A stretch of 64,000 nt of DNA from an uncultured Eubacteriales bacterium (GCA_964369225.1 CAYJER010000005.1:14396-78395); one strand, 5' to 3'. Shown: positions 33,837 to 43,322, numbered from the stretch's first letter. Program-made: numbers and translations. The notes: generated by a model not told the origin, from the sequence alone.

Positions 33837-35093
33837 CTAAAATTCCATTAAACCAGCCTTAAACACATCTCTCACAAAATACCTAATGTCGTCCATTGCA
33901 TGGTCATTCGCCTTTATTGGCCTGTCATCAACCGAACTTTCATCCCAAACATACATAGAAAATTCCCTTATGCTGTCTTTGCAAGAAGCACAAAACAGCA
34001 AATCTTCCCTGTGCAAATGGTTCGCTACTTCTCTAATTCCGTCTACTACTCTATTAGAAGCCGCCTGAACTCTAAAGAGTCCATTCCTCCTAATAAGCTC
34101 TATAAAGGAGGCGGCAGAGGGGTCTATAATCACTTTTTCGATTATTCTCCCCCCTGCCAAATTACAAAGCTGTGTGTAATATTCTTCATCAGTTTTTTGA
34201 AAACCACTTCCTCTGCCATCATGATAATACTCTTTAATTCTATACCACTTAGAATTATGATAACCCCAAAGACCCATAGAAGTTGCATTCTGTATACCAT
34301 AATCGCAAGAAATAATAAATCTTGTGTACGCCCTTTCTTCATCACTTACAACATGCTTGTCCACACTAAACATAGGGTAAACCAAGCCTTCTGCCGCCAC
34401 CCATTTACCAAGAATATACCTGTCATAGAATACACCGACATAAAGTTTTTTAGCATCTTCAATCGCCTGTTTTGTAAGAATAGGGTTATCCTCCATCAAA
34501 AAGTGTATATACAAGGCTCTTTTATCCTCTGCTTTTTCTATCCACTCCTTATAAAAATAATGGTTAGGATTTTCAGGATTACAGTTAAACCAAAACTTAG
34601 CATTAGGAATAGAAAGAGTTCTAGCTATAGCCTGATCAACAAAAGACCTTGCCATTAACGCCACCTCGTCAAACATCACACCCGAAAGCGTAATTCCTTG
34701 AATAAGGCTGTGGCTTTGCTCATCTTTGCCTCCATACAAATAAAATATATTGGAAATTTCTGCATTACTTATAATAAGCTTATTGTCACTTCGTTTATAT
34801 TCAAGTGTAAAATGAGAAGTAATATCCTCTTGTTCCTGCAACAAATTAAGTATATTTCTCTCGACACTCTTAATGGTCTTGCCACATATTGCAAAAATAG
34901 ACTTATCAAAATTTTTCATAGCCCAACAAATAAAACCCACTGTCATACAGGTTGTTTTTCCACTTCTTACAGCACCGTCACATATAACAGCCTTGTACTT
35001 ATCTTTAGTAGAAGCCTTGAACGCCCATTTAAGCAACAATTTTTGTTTTTTACTAATCTTGTTCAGTGTCATCTTCTCTCTCCAACGCCTCAA
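33837..35093 (-). CDS. Terminase large subunit (PBSX XtmB-like)
   Basis: 418 aa. Walker A CDGAVRSGKT, with nuclease-domain acidic motifs near the C-terminus. The true start may be Met8 (35072). Confidence 0.85.
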   Translation of the reverse strand: MRRWREKMTLNKISKKQKLLLKWAFKASTKDKYKAVICDGAVRSGKTTCMTVGFICWAMKNFDKSIFAICGKTIKSVERNILNLLQEQEDITSHFTLEYKRSDNKLIISNAEISNIFYLYGGKDEQSHSLIQGITLSGVMFDEVALMARSFVDQAIARTLSIPNAKFWFNCNPENPNHYFYKEWIEKAEDKRALYIHFLMEDNPILTKQAIEDAKKLYVGVFYDRYILGKWVAAEGLVYPMFSVDKHVVSDEERAYTRFIISCDYGIQNATSMGLWGYHNSKWYRIKEYYHDGRGSGFQKTDEEYYTQLCNLAGGRIIEKVIIDPSAASFIELIRRNGLFRVQAASNRVVDGIREVANHLHREDLLFCASCKDSIREFSMYVWDESSVDDRPIKANDHAMDDIRYFVRDVFKAGLMEF

Positions 35094-35295
35094 AAAGTTT
35101 AGAAGTTACCTTAGGTTCATTATCGTCTTTTATGGCTATGTCTTTTAAGTCTTTAATAGACTGAATAAGATGTCTTAACTTACCTGTGTCAACTTCTCCG
35201 GCAGACTTCACCTCTCTCATGGCTCTTTCAACACAAGACACCGCACCGTCTCTCAGTCTTTTAAGCCTGTCAGCCATGCTCTTTTTACTTGGCAT
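35053..35295 (-). CDS. Small phage protein, possible terminase small subunit fragment
   Basis: 80 aa, charged and helical, immediately upstream of and overlapping the large terminase gene. Confidence 0.35.
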   Translation of the reverse strand: MPSKKSMADRLKRLRDGAVSCVERAMREVKSAGEVDTGKLRHLIQSIKDLKDIAIKDDNEPKVTSKLFEALEREDDTEQD

Positions 35296-35524
35296 TCAAC
35301 TCACCTCTCTTAGAGCCTAAACTAATATCATATAATTGTTTATATCTTTCTACTCTAGCCTTATCGCTCTTACTTAGCGCATCTTTTCTAAGTATTTTAG
35401 CAATTTGCCCTGCTATTGCCATCCTTTCTTTTTCAGGATTAATACACTTAACCCTAGAACAAAAATCTTTTTCTACCACATTCCTCATGTTCATAATGCA
35501 ATTGCCGTCTTTATAACATATCAT
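35285..35524 (-). CDS. Small phage protein, first gene of the cluster
   Basis: 79 aa. RBS AAGGGGTGAG before ATG 35524. No recognisable motif. Confidence 0.3.
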   Translation of the reverse strand: MICYKDGNCIMNMRNVVEKDFCSRVKCINPEKERMAIAGQIAKILRKDALSKSDKARVERYKQLYDISLGSKRGELNAK

Positions 35525-35545
35525 CTAACTCACCCCTTTCCGCAT

Positions 35546-35577
35546 AAAAAAAGAGCTGTACTTTTCGTACAACTCTT
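35546..35577 (-). terminator. Intrinsic terminator (11-bp stem plus a U-run) between the diguanylate cyclase gene and the phage cluster
   Basis: Minus strand: AAGAGTTGTAC-GAAAA-GTACAGCTCTT followed by TTTTTAT. Confidence 0.65.
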
Positions 35578-35684
35578 ACATATTTTTCTATTATAGAGTA
35601 TAGCATGATATTAGTATGACATTCAATGACACTACTAACACTAAACATATTGAATATAAATTTGCAACAACTATAAAGTATTAC

Positions 35685-37328
35685 TTATTTCTTACTCGAT
35701 AATGTAGCCTCATCATAAACAGTATAAGTATTCTTTCCATGCTTTTTTGAATAATACATAGCTTTATCTGCTTTATCGAACAGTTCGTCATATGTTTTGC
35801 CGTCTAAGTTAGCTATCGAAACACCAATACTCGGGGTTACTGTTATAATTTGCCCATCATTAGCTAAATGACTTTTACTTAGTCTAACACGAACCTTCTC
35901 CGCTTTATCTTTTATAGTATTTATAGTGGTTGTTTTTTTCATAAACACCACAAATTCATCACCGCCAACACGTCCTACAATATCCATCTCACGGAATATT
36001 TCTTCAATAGCTCTGCATGACTCTTTGAGTACTTCATCGCCATAAGAATGTCCAAGAGAGTCGTTTATCTCTTTAAAATTATCAAGATCAAACATAAACA
36101 AGGTACCCGTTCCGCCCGCCGTCAAATAGTCATCAATCAATATTTGCGTCATTTCTTTGTTTCTTACACCAGTCAATGAATCTCTTTCAGCACGATAACG
36201 TAATTTCATTTCGGCTTCTTTTTCTAACTGAATTTCTGAAACCGTCATCATGGCAATTATGTCATTATCTTCATTTTTATTTAGTGTGATTTCTATTCTA
36301 AGCCACGAATAATCTTCTCTTAAATAATTACTTTTATAATCATATGCAAATCTATTTTCTCCACGATTAAACGCATCTATTAATTTTTCAGGAATTATAT
36401 GTTCAAGCATAACTAATTGATCAGATGAGTGAACATAATCTTTAATATAATTTTCTAAAAACTGCGTACCTGTTCCCAGTTCCTCAATATTTAGCGACTT
36501 ACCCATTCTCATATAAGTTATGATCTGATTTTTCGAGCAATTAGCTTCTATAACAGCGGTTGTTCTATCCATCAAAACATTCTTATATACTTTTTCTTTA
36601 TCCATTTGTGAAGCCAACTCATTGTGTTTAGCTTTGTAACCATACATATTAGACATTTTTATCATCATATATATTCCAAGGTAAAGTGCTATTAAAAATA
36701 CTATAGGTAGAACAATCTGAGGTATCTCCATGCTTATTGAAATTTCCAATTCATCATATACTATGCCGTTATATATCATATAACCTAAGAACAAGCTCGA
36801 CATTAAACAAAGTGGAAATGAAAATTCTTTATTCTGATTAATAATTTTTAAATATTTCTCTGGAATAATTTTTATAACGGCAAGTATTACAAAAATATGA
36901 ACAAACAATGTGATAGTAATAGTGTCAACCGAATAAAACTCATGATGAGCAACGTAATAAAGACTTTCACCTATAACAAGAGCATAAATCGATGTAATTA
37001 TTGACCTTAAGACAAGTATATGCAAAATAAGCGCCGTGCTACAAGTAATAATTCCAGTTAAAGTATTTTTATAACAAATCAAAAATTCAATTAATAATAC
37101 AAGGGTGATAGACAAGAAAAAGAATGTATAATTCTCTTTAATATATGGCAGATAAAAAAACAAAAGAATGCCATTAAACAGGCATATTGCAAGCAGTCCA
37201 AGTCGTGGAACTCTGCATCTATCTAACATTCTTGAAACTAAAGCAAAGAAAGAATAATTGTGAGCTACTACTAAACCCACAAAAAGAATAACACTAATTG
37301 CTACATTGTTAAGTAATATATCTTTCAT
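35685..37328 (-). CDS. Membrane-bound diguanylate cyclase (multi-TM sensor, PAS-like domain, GGDEF)
   Basis: 547 aa with ~7 N-terminal TM helices. Canonical GGDEF with an I-site (REMD-IVGRV-GGDEF). Confidence 0.8.
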   Translation of the reverse strand: MKDILLNNVAISVILFVGLVVAHNYSFFALVSRMLDRCRVPRLGLLAICLFNGILLFFYLPYIKENYTFFFLSITLVLLIEFLICYKNTLTGIITCSTALILHILVLRSIITSIYALVIGESLYYVAHHEFYSVDTITITLFVHIFVILAVIKIIPEKYLKIINQNKEFSFPLCLMSSLFLGYMIYNGIVYDELEISISMEIPQIVLPIVFLIALYLGIYMMIKMSNMYGYKAKHNELASQMDKEKVYKNVLMDRTTAVIEANCSKNQIITYMRMGKSLNIEELGTGTQFLENYIKDYVHSSDQLVMLEHIIPEKLIDAFNRGENRFAYDYKSNYLREDYSWLRIEITLNKNEDNDIIAMMTVSEIQLEKEAEMKLRYRAERDSLTGVRNKEMTQILIDDYLTAGGTGTLFMFDLDNFKEINDSLGHSYGDEVLKESCRAIEEIFREMDIVGRVGGDEFVVFMKKTTTINTIKDKAEKVRVRLSKSHLANDGQIITVTPSIGVSIANLDGKTYDELFDKADKAMYYSKKHGKNTYTVYDEATLSSKK

Positions 37329-37469
37329 AAATCTCCCTCCTTCTATATAAAATAAGCCTAGACAAAATTCAATAATTCTATCTGACTTTCATAAAATCAA
37401 TCCTAAACAGATTATAATTATATCACTTTTAATATATAATATCAAGTATTTTATCAAATAAAATTTGTA

Positions 37470-38240
37470 TCATTTCTTTAAATAAATTCTTCTTAAACTA
37501 GCATTAAAACCCCATCCTAAAAGGCAATAAAGCGATTTAGGCAATGATAATTTCTCAACATTTCTGTATAAATACCATGTTCTCTTCATTGCAACAAATT
37601 TATTAGAACTTAGCGACTGGGGAACTCTGCGATATATAGAAAGAGTTTCGTTTTGTCCTTTAAATACTACCCCATTCCTTAACATTTGAAACCAAGTAGC
37701 AGAGTCTTGCCCTCTTCTAACATTAGGCATCTCTAATAATTTTTTATCTACTGTTTTTAAGTCTACAATTACACCACTAGTTTGGATAACCGTATTTCTT
37801 AGCAGTTGCTTATATGAAATTGTTTTAGGCATAGTTACAATTTTATTTAAAGGTGTTCCATCATCTTCAATTTTTTCGTAATCAGGACAAGAAAACTCAG
37901 CATTATTTTCATTTAAAAACTTAAGTTGTTTTTCTAGTTTTTGAGGAAACCACAAATCGTCAGCATCTAAATAAGCAATGTATCTTCCACTAGCTTTCCC
38001 TAAAGCTGTGTTTCTTGCAATAGCAGCCCCACCATTATTTTCTAATTTTATAAGTTTAATTCTTTTGTCTTTTTCAGTATATTCTTCAACAATATTTCTT
38101 GTGTCATCACTAGAGCAATCGTCTGCAATTAACATTTCCCAATTTTTATAAGTTTGTGCAATTACACAGTTCATTGTTTCCTTAATATATTTACTACTGT
38201 TATAACTAGGTGTAATAATTGATACTAATTCAGTTTTCAT
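37470..38240 (-). CDS. Family 2 glycosyltransferase
   Basis: 256 aa. VSIITPSYNS, and DDCSSDDT followed by YLDADD (DxD). Confidence 0.8.
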   Translation of the reverse strand: MKTELVSIITPSYNSSKYIKETMNCVIAQTYKNWEMLIADDCSSDDTRNIVEEYTEKDKRIKLIKLENNGGAAIARNTALGKASGRYIAYLDADDLWFPQKLEKQLKFLNENNAEFSCPDYEKIEDDGTPLNKIVTMPKTISYKQLLRNTVIQTSGVIVDLKTVDKKLLEMPNVRRGQDSATWFQMLRNGVVFKGQNETLSIYRRVPQSLSSNKFVAMKRTWYLYRNVEKLSLPKSLYCLLGWGFNASLRRIYLKK

Positions 38241-38316
38241 TTTAATATCCTTTCTAACTTACTATACATCATAGCACGACACGTAAATAATACATGTCGT
38301 GCTAAACTTTTATCAA

Positions 38317-40269
38317 TTATAGGTAGTTTCTAATATTATCTTCTATTTTATCAGATTTATTTACAATACCTACATCTTTATGTCCGTCATAGAATTGGAA
38401 ATTATTTTTTCCACTATTTTTAACGTGATATAGTGCAATGTCAGCATTTCTAGATAATTGAGCGAAAGTATTACCATGAATTGGGAAGAATGAAACACCT
38501 ATACTACCTGAAGTTCTTGCCTTAACACCATTCTCTTCATGTATTTCATTTAGATATCCACATATATTAGCACATTTTTTTTCTACTAACTCATCGCTCT
38601 TAACATTTCTCATAAACACATAGAACTGATCTCCACCCAAACGACCAATAATGTCGTGTTGTCTAAAGTTGGCTTTTAGATATTGTGATAAACCTTTAAT
38701 AACTTCATCACCATAGTTGTGCCCCAGTCTATTATTTAACACCTTGAAATTATCAATATCCACAATCAATAAGCAGTGTTTATCAAGCTCTCTTTTTGAC
38801 TTAAGTATTGCTAGCTCTATAAGTTTTTCAGTAGTAGACTTGTTAAGAACATTTGTAAGAGGATCAAGCTCAGAAAGCTTTTTAAGCAAAGCAGCTTCTC
38901 TTTCTTGAATATCTACATCCTCCATAAATCCAATAGCTCTCTCAAAAACCTTACTCTTGCTTGTATTTTTTATTGGAAGGCCTGAGAAAGTACAATAAAT
39001 GAAGTGACCATACTTATGTTTAACTCTTAACTTAATTTCAGAAACCTTTATACCCATTTTAAGGCTAGAGATAGCTTTAACAGCAAAATCTAAATCATCT
39101 TCATGTATATATTTGTGAAGTTGCTTTTTAGGTATAACCACAACTTTATTTTCTGAATTGATAATATGATCAAAAGAACCTGTTATTTTAATCTCTTCAT
39201 TAATTAAATCCCATTCAAGAATATACTTATTCATTTGTTCTGAAACGAATCTAAAGTTACGCTCATTGTCCTTAGCTAATTGAGTTAAAGCTATTTGTGA
39301 TCTATAAACCCAAATCAACAACAACACAATAATAACTAAAATATTTGTTAAAAGAGTATATGTTGCATTTGTACTAAATTCCACACTAGCATCAATATAC
39401 TCTTGTGGAACAAAGTTGTACATAATCCAATTATTTATTTCAATTGGCATATAGTAACCAGATTGAGTGCCGTCCTCGTGATCATAATTTGTAAAACCAG
39501 ATGTCCTTTGAGTAAAAGCATTTAGCAAATCTTGTGCCTTGTAATCACCATTATATTCAACTGATAAAACTGATTCATGGAACAATTTGTCAGCATTAAA
39601 CAATAGATTAGTCTCGCTGTAAGCAATATATCTACCATTAGAATCTATTACATAATACTCGGTGCCAGTGCTGTAGAATATTTCTTCAAAGTATTCCGAA
39701 AGATAACTAGTGTTTAATATTCCTACAATATAGGCTACTAAAGATCCGTCTTCACTCTGCATAGGAACATTTACAGATACAGCTTCACTTTGTAAGTTTT
39801 CATCTAAATAAACATCACTTATATAAATCTCTCTTTTTTGCATTTGATCTGTAAATTGATAGTTAGATGAAACCAATTCTTCGCCGTCAGTTATATAAGA
39901 AGTTTGATCTGGCAAAACTATTGCAATCTTAGTAAAATGCTCTAATTCACTTAATGAATTAATTGCATTCTCATAGTATTGAGTATTTTTATCCGATAAA
40001 TTACCAGCGCTGTCAGTTTCAATAAATACTTCAGCCGAAACGAACAAACTAGAAGCCACTTTCAGTAATTCAATCTGCCTATTAAAAGAATCTTGTACCG
40101 ATATAGTGTTACTTTTTGAAATACTGGATAGGGAATCGGTTTGCTCGGTGAGCTGATTATTACTAGTGCTTATAAGATAGATAATCGACGAAGCCAAAAT
40201 CCAAGCTATAAAAATAGACAAAGTAATGATATTCATAATTCTTGTGTTTTTTAGAACTTTAATAATCAA
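38317..40269 (-). CDS. Sensor protein with an extracytoplasmic Cache-like domain, a PAS domain and a variant GGDQF domain
   Basis: 650 aa with two TM segments flanking a ~280 aa external domain. The motif RQHD-IIGRL-GGDQF retains the I-site, but the catalytic Glu is replaced by Gln. Start is TTG at 40269, or alternatively ATG at 40236. Confidence 0.7.
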   Translation of the reverse strand: MIIKVLKNTRIMNIITLSIFIAWILASSIIYLISTSNNQLTEQTDSLSSISKSNTISVQDSFNRQIELLKVASSLFVSAEVFIETDSAGNLSDKNTQYYENAINSLSELEHFTKIAIVLPDQTSYITDGEELVSSNYQFTDQMQKREIYISDVYLDENLQSEAVSVNVPMQSEDGSLVAYIVGILNTSYLSEYFEEIFYSTGTEYYVIDSNGRYIAYSETNLLFNADKLFHESVLSVEYNGDYKAQDLLNAFTQRTSGFTNYDHEDGTQSGYYMPIEINNWIMYNFVPQEYIDASVEFSTNATYTLLTNILVIIVLLLIWVYRSQIALTQLAKDNERNFRFVSEQMNKYILEWDLINEEIKITGSFDHIINSENKVVVIPKKQLHKYIHEDDLDFAVKAISSLKMGIKVSEIKLRVKHKYGHFIYCTFSGLPIKNTSKSKVFERAIGFMEDVDIQEREAALLKKLSELDPLTNVLNKSTTEKLIELAILKSKRELDKHCLLIVDIDNFKVLNNRLGHNYGDEVIKGLSQYLKANFRQHDIIGRLGGDQFYVFMRNVKSDELVEKKCANICGYLNEIHEENGVKARTSGSIGVSFFPIHGNTFAQLSRNADIALYHVKNSGKNNFQFYDGHKDVGIVNKSDKIEDNIRNYL

Positions 40270-40283
40270 TTTATATTTCTCCT

Positions 40284-42446
40284 TTATAAATCATCTTTAA
40301 AATATTTATTCTCAAATTCATCAATAGGCAAAGGTTTAGAAAAAAAGTATCCCTGCCCATATTTACAATTAATCAGTTTAAGAGCCTCTTTTTGCTCAAA
40401 TGTTTCTATACCTTCTGCTAACAAGTCTCCAATGCTTAAATTGTTACACATTTTTATAGCATATTCGATTATTGTAGCTGATTTAATATCTGAACAAATA
40501 TTATCAATTAAACTCTTATCAAATTTAATTTGTGTGAAATCCATTGATGTCAACACTTGCAAGTTTGAATATTCAGCACCAAAATCATCAAGCGACATTG
40601 AAAATCCTGCACATACTGCTTCTTTTAATACATCTTTTAGATGAGAATTTTCAATAGAATTGCTAGTCTCGGTAAGTTCTAACTCTAAAAGCCTGTGTGG
40701 CACATTATTTTTATCACAGATTTCAGATATTTCTTCAATAATACCTCTCTCCATCAAAGTTACCCTTGAAAGATTAACAGCAATTTTTATTTCCCTACCT
40801 ATTTTTTTCCATTTAGATATTAACCCACACGCTTTTTCAATTACGAAAAGATCCACATGCCTTATTATTTTTTGGTTTTCATAATGAGGCAAAAACTCAA
40901 TCGGAGGAATAATATTACCGTCTTGATCAAATTTCCTTATTAATGCCTCGGCTCCTATAAGCATTTCATCATCTAAATCAATTTGTGGTTGAAGATATAT
41001 TGTAAACATACCGTTTTTTAACTCTGTCAACAAATTTTGAGTTATCGAATGAGAATACTTAGCTACTTTAGTTTGTTTATCTGAAAGCTTACTATAATAT
41101 GATTGCTTCTCTAAATTCATAAGCTCAGTAGCATAAACAATTTTTTGTGTTATATCATCTGCAGTGTCTAAAAAAACATAACCGAAAGATATATTACAAA
41201 ACTCATTATCCTTTATAACTTCTTTTAACCTCTTAATAAGTTTTTCAAATACACATTGTTCTATATTAGGATAAAGTATTACAAATTCGTCATCCCCTGA
41301 ACGATATACGGTATCTCCAAATATATTTTTTAGCATATTTGCACTTTTTATTAAAACAACATCACCACTATTATCTCCATAAAACTCATTAATTGTGCTA
41401 AGTCCATTAATATCTGCTACAAGTATTCCAATATTGGTTTGTTTATTAGCCTTCATTTGAGTAATTGTTTGAGTATATTTGTTTCTATTAAAGATATTGG
41501 TGAGTTTGTCAATGTATTGAATATGACCAATTTTTTCATAGGCTCTACTTTTAATCAAATCATCAAGAAAAAAAGGAATAGTAGACTGCATAATGTGTAG
41601 TCTATCGGTATTCATAGTCGGTTCAGTCACAACAACCAAACCCAAAAGCTCATCATTCTCGGAATAAAGTGGAGCATATATAATGCTATGAAAAATATCA
41701 AGATAATGACTTTCAATCTCATTATAATCATGATAATTCTTAGCTTGAATATATTTAGCCATATTTGGAGTAAATTTAGATAAAAAAGATTTCATATCAC
41801 TAATCTTAATATCTGAAATCAAGCTTTTTTCCTGAAATTTATATTTAGACTTTGATAAACTGGCTAAATTTTGTATAACACTATTTTTATAATCAATTTC
41901 AAAAATTAAAATTTTCCTTGCATCATAAAAATTTAATATGGTCCTAAAAAACTGTTTTATTTGCTCATGTATACGTTTAATGTTGCTGTCAACAGTGTCT
42001 TCACTCGTGGCAAGACTTACAAGAAAACTTTTTTCTACATTTTTCAGGTTTGTAACACCTACTATCTCTCCAATAAGACCTTTTTGTTCATCATCTGTTT
42101 TAAAACCACAGCTCCAATATAATGATGGTATAGTTTCTTGATCTTTAACAATAAAAGGCACATCATAATTTACAGTCCCTTGAGTTTCAAGCAAATATGT
42201 ATCTTCAACATGATAACGGAACTTATCTTTTTCATTTAAATGTTTTGAAGTTTCAACAGTTGTGCCTAAAATCTCTCTGGAGTCGACTCCAAAAAATCCA
42301 TCATAGGCTTTATTAAAAAAAACAAATTCTGCATCTTCATTCTTTACAAATATAGGATTAGGTAGTGAATTGAGTGCTGATTTATAGAACGATAATTCTT
42401 TTTCTAATTCATTAATTCGATCTTCTAATTGGTTTTTTTCAAACAT
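40284..42446 (-). CDS. PAS-GAF-(degenerate GGDEF)-EAL protein, a likely c-di-GMP phosphodiesterase
   Basis: 720 aa counted from ATG 42446 (RBS GAAGGGAG). The GGDEF site is degenerate (RSGDDEF), while the EAL motifs EALIR and DDFGAEYS are intact. Confidence 0.75.
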   Translation of the reverse strand: MFEKNQLEDRINELEKELSFYKSALNSLPNPIFVKNEDAEFVFFNKAYDGFFGVDSREILGTTVETSKHLNEKDKFRYHVEDTYLLETQGTVNYDVPFIVKDQETIPSLYWSCGFKTDDEQKGLIGEIVGVTNLKNVEKSFLVSLATSEDTVDSNIKRIHEQIKQFFRTILNFYDARKILIFEIDYKNSVIQNLASLSKSKYKFQEKSLISDIKISDMKSFLSKFTPNMAKYIQAKNYHDYNEIESHYLDIFHSIIYAPLYSENDELLGLVVVTEPTMNTDRLHIMQSTIPFFLDDLIKSRAYEKIGHIQYIDKLTNIFNRNKYTQTITQMKANKQTNIGILVADINGLSTINEFYGDNSGDVVLIKSANMLKNIFGDTVYRSGDDEFVILYPNIEQCVFEKLIKRLKEVIKDNEFCNISFGYVFLDTADDITQKIVYATELMNLEKQSYYSKLSDKQTKVAKYSHSITQNLLTELKNGMFTIYLQPQIDLDDEMLIGAEALIRKFDQDGNIIPPIEFLPHYENQKIIRHVDLFVIEKACGLISKWKKIGREIKIAVNLSRVTLMERGIIEEISEICDKNNVPHRLLELELTETSNSIENSHLKDVLKEAVCAGFSMSLDDFGAEYSNLQVLTSMDFTQIKFDKSLIDNICSDIKSATIIEYAIKMCNNLSIGDLLAEGIETFEQKEALKLINCKYGQGYFFSKPLPIDEFENKYFKDDL

Positions 42447-42722
42447 GTTTAACTCCCTTCTCATTAGGTAAATAAGCACGGTGATGATTATATTATACCA
42501 CAATAAACCTAAAAAGTAAATATATTATTACAAATATTAATACTTTCTTAAACTAAGAAAAGCCCCACACGAAAAATCACGTGAGAGCTAAATTTATATA
42601 AATGTGAAAAATTTAGATATTTAAATTTTAGGAATGACATATAACCTCAAAATGTAAATCTATGTGTCTTGGGTTTCGCCTGCGGGTCGAGGCTCTCGAC
42701 TGCGTGAGTCGAGGTTCTCGAG

Positions 42723-42798
42723 TGGAGCTGCTAAGCGGATTCGAACCGCTGACCTCGTCCTTACCAAGGACGTGCTCTGCCTCCTGAGCCATAGCAGC
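42723..42798 (-). tRNA. tRNA-Thr (anticodon GGT)
   Basis: 76 nt. Acceptor stem GCTGCTA/TAGCAGC, anticodon arm CGTCC-TTGGTAA-GGACG, T-loop GGTTCGAATCC, and an encoded CCA. Confidence 0.9.
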
Positions 42799-42885
42799 AA
42801 GTTTATTACCAAAATATTATAATACAATTGCCTGTGTTTGTCAATCGTTTTTAAAATAATATAAGAAAAAAATTTAAAAAAACGC

Positions 42886-42914
42886 TTGATTTTTTCTCAA
42901 AATAATAGTATAAT
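42886..42914 (+). promoter_or_regulatory. Promoter for tRNA-Ser (TTGATT-17 nt-TATAAT)
   Basis: Hexamers at 42886-42891 and 42909-42914, about 22 nt upstream of the tRNA 5' end. Confidence 0.6.
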
Positions 42915-42936
42915 GTTTGGGTTACAAACAATAAAT

Positions 42937-43022
42937 GCAGAGGTATTCTAATGGTAAGGAGCCACATTGGAAATGTGGTGTGCCGTAAGGCATTGTGCGT
43001 TCGAGTCGCATCCTCTGCGCCA
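42937..43022 (+). tRNA. tRNA-Ser (anticodon GGA), class II with a long variable arm
   Basis: 86 nt. Acceptor stem GCAGAGG/CCTCTGC with discriminator G, anticodon arm CCACA-TTGGAAA-TGTGG, variable arm TGCC-GTAA-GGCA, and CCA. Confidence 0.85.
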
Positions 43023-43087
43023 AACAAGAGCCTACAAACGCAAATTGCGTTGAGGGCTTTTTTCTATGTTTAAATTTATACGAAAAC

Positions 43088-43154
43088 TTAGTGAAGAGTG
43101 AAGAGGTAATAGTGAAAAATTAATCTGAAAATCCTTGCGGATTTTTTGATTTTA
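43088..43154 (+). repeat. Stop-codon-rich terminator cassette repeat, copy 2 of 4
   Basis: TTAGTGAAGAGTGAAGAGGTAATAGTGAAAAATTAATCTGAAAATCCTTGCGGATTTTTTGATTTT, downstream of and co-oriented with tRNA-Ser. Confidence 0.75.
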
Positions 43155-43181
43155 ACAAATTTGTTAAAACTGACAAATTAA

Positions 43182-43259
43182 TGTAGGGGACAGGTTTTCC
43201 GTCCCGTTGAATTTTAGCAATAACTGCCAGTTTTCGTGATGGAAAACCCATCCCCTACA
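43182..43259. repeat. Degenerate class I REPIN-like element
   Basis: TGTAGGGGACAGGTTTTCCGTCCCG...GATGGAAAACCCATCCCCTACA, with a loop homologous to the other copies. Confidence 0.8.
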
Positions 43260-43322
43260 ATAAAACTTTAAGTAAGCTTAAGTTCTAATAAAATTTTTAT
43301 ATTTTTATAAAGGAGAGAAAAA

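Larger units (their letters stand above)
19212..35524 (-). mobile_element. PBSX-like defective prophage (phage-like particle or tailocin-type cluster): packaging, head, contractile tail and lysis modules only
   Basis: About 27 co-oriented, tightly packed ORFs run from terminase to endolysin in the gene order typical of xkd/xtm clusters. No integrase, repressor, replication or late-regulator gene lies within or next to it. Host-type repeats are inserted at 25631-25857 and 32283-32462. Confidence 0.75.

Noticed and set aside
33900-34658. A 252-aa ORF antisense to the terminase gene. Similar antisense ORFs include 5417..5767, 31365..31733, 49070..49468, 59623..60147 and 63308..63679.
   Set aside because: They lie entirely inside well-supported genes on the opposite strand, have low-complexity or hydrophobic composition, and lack RBS signals. 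They are typical shadow ORFs.
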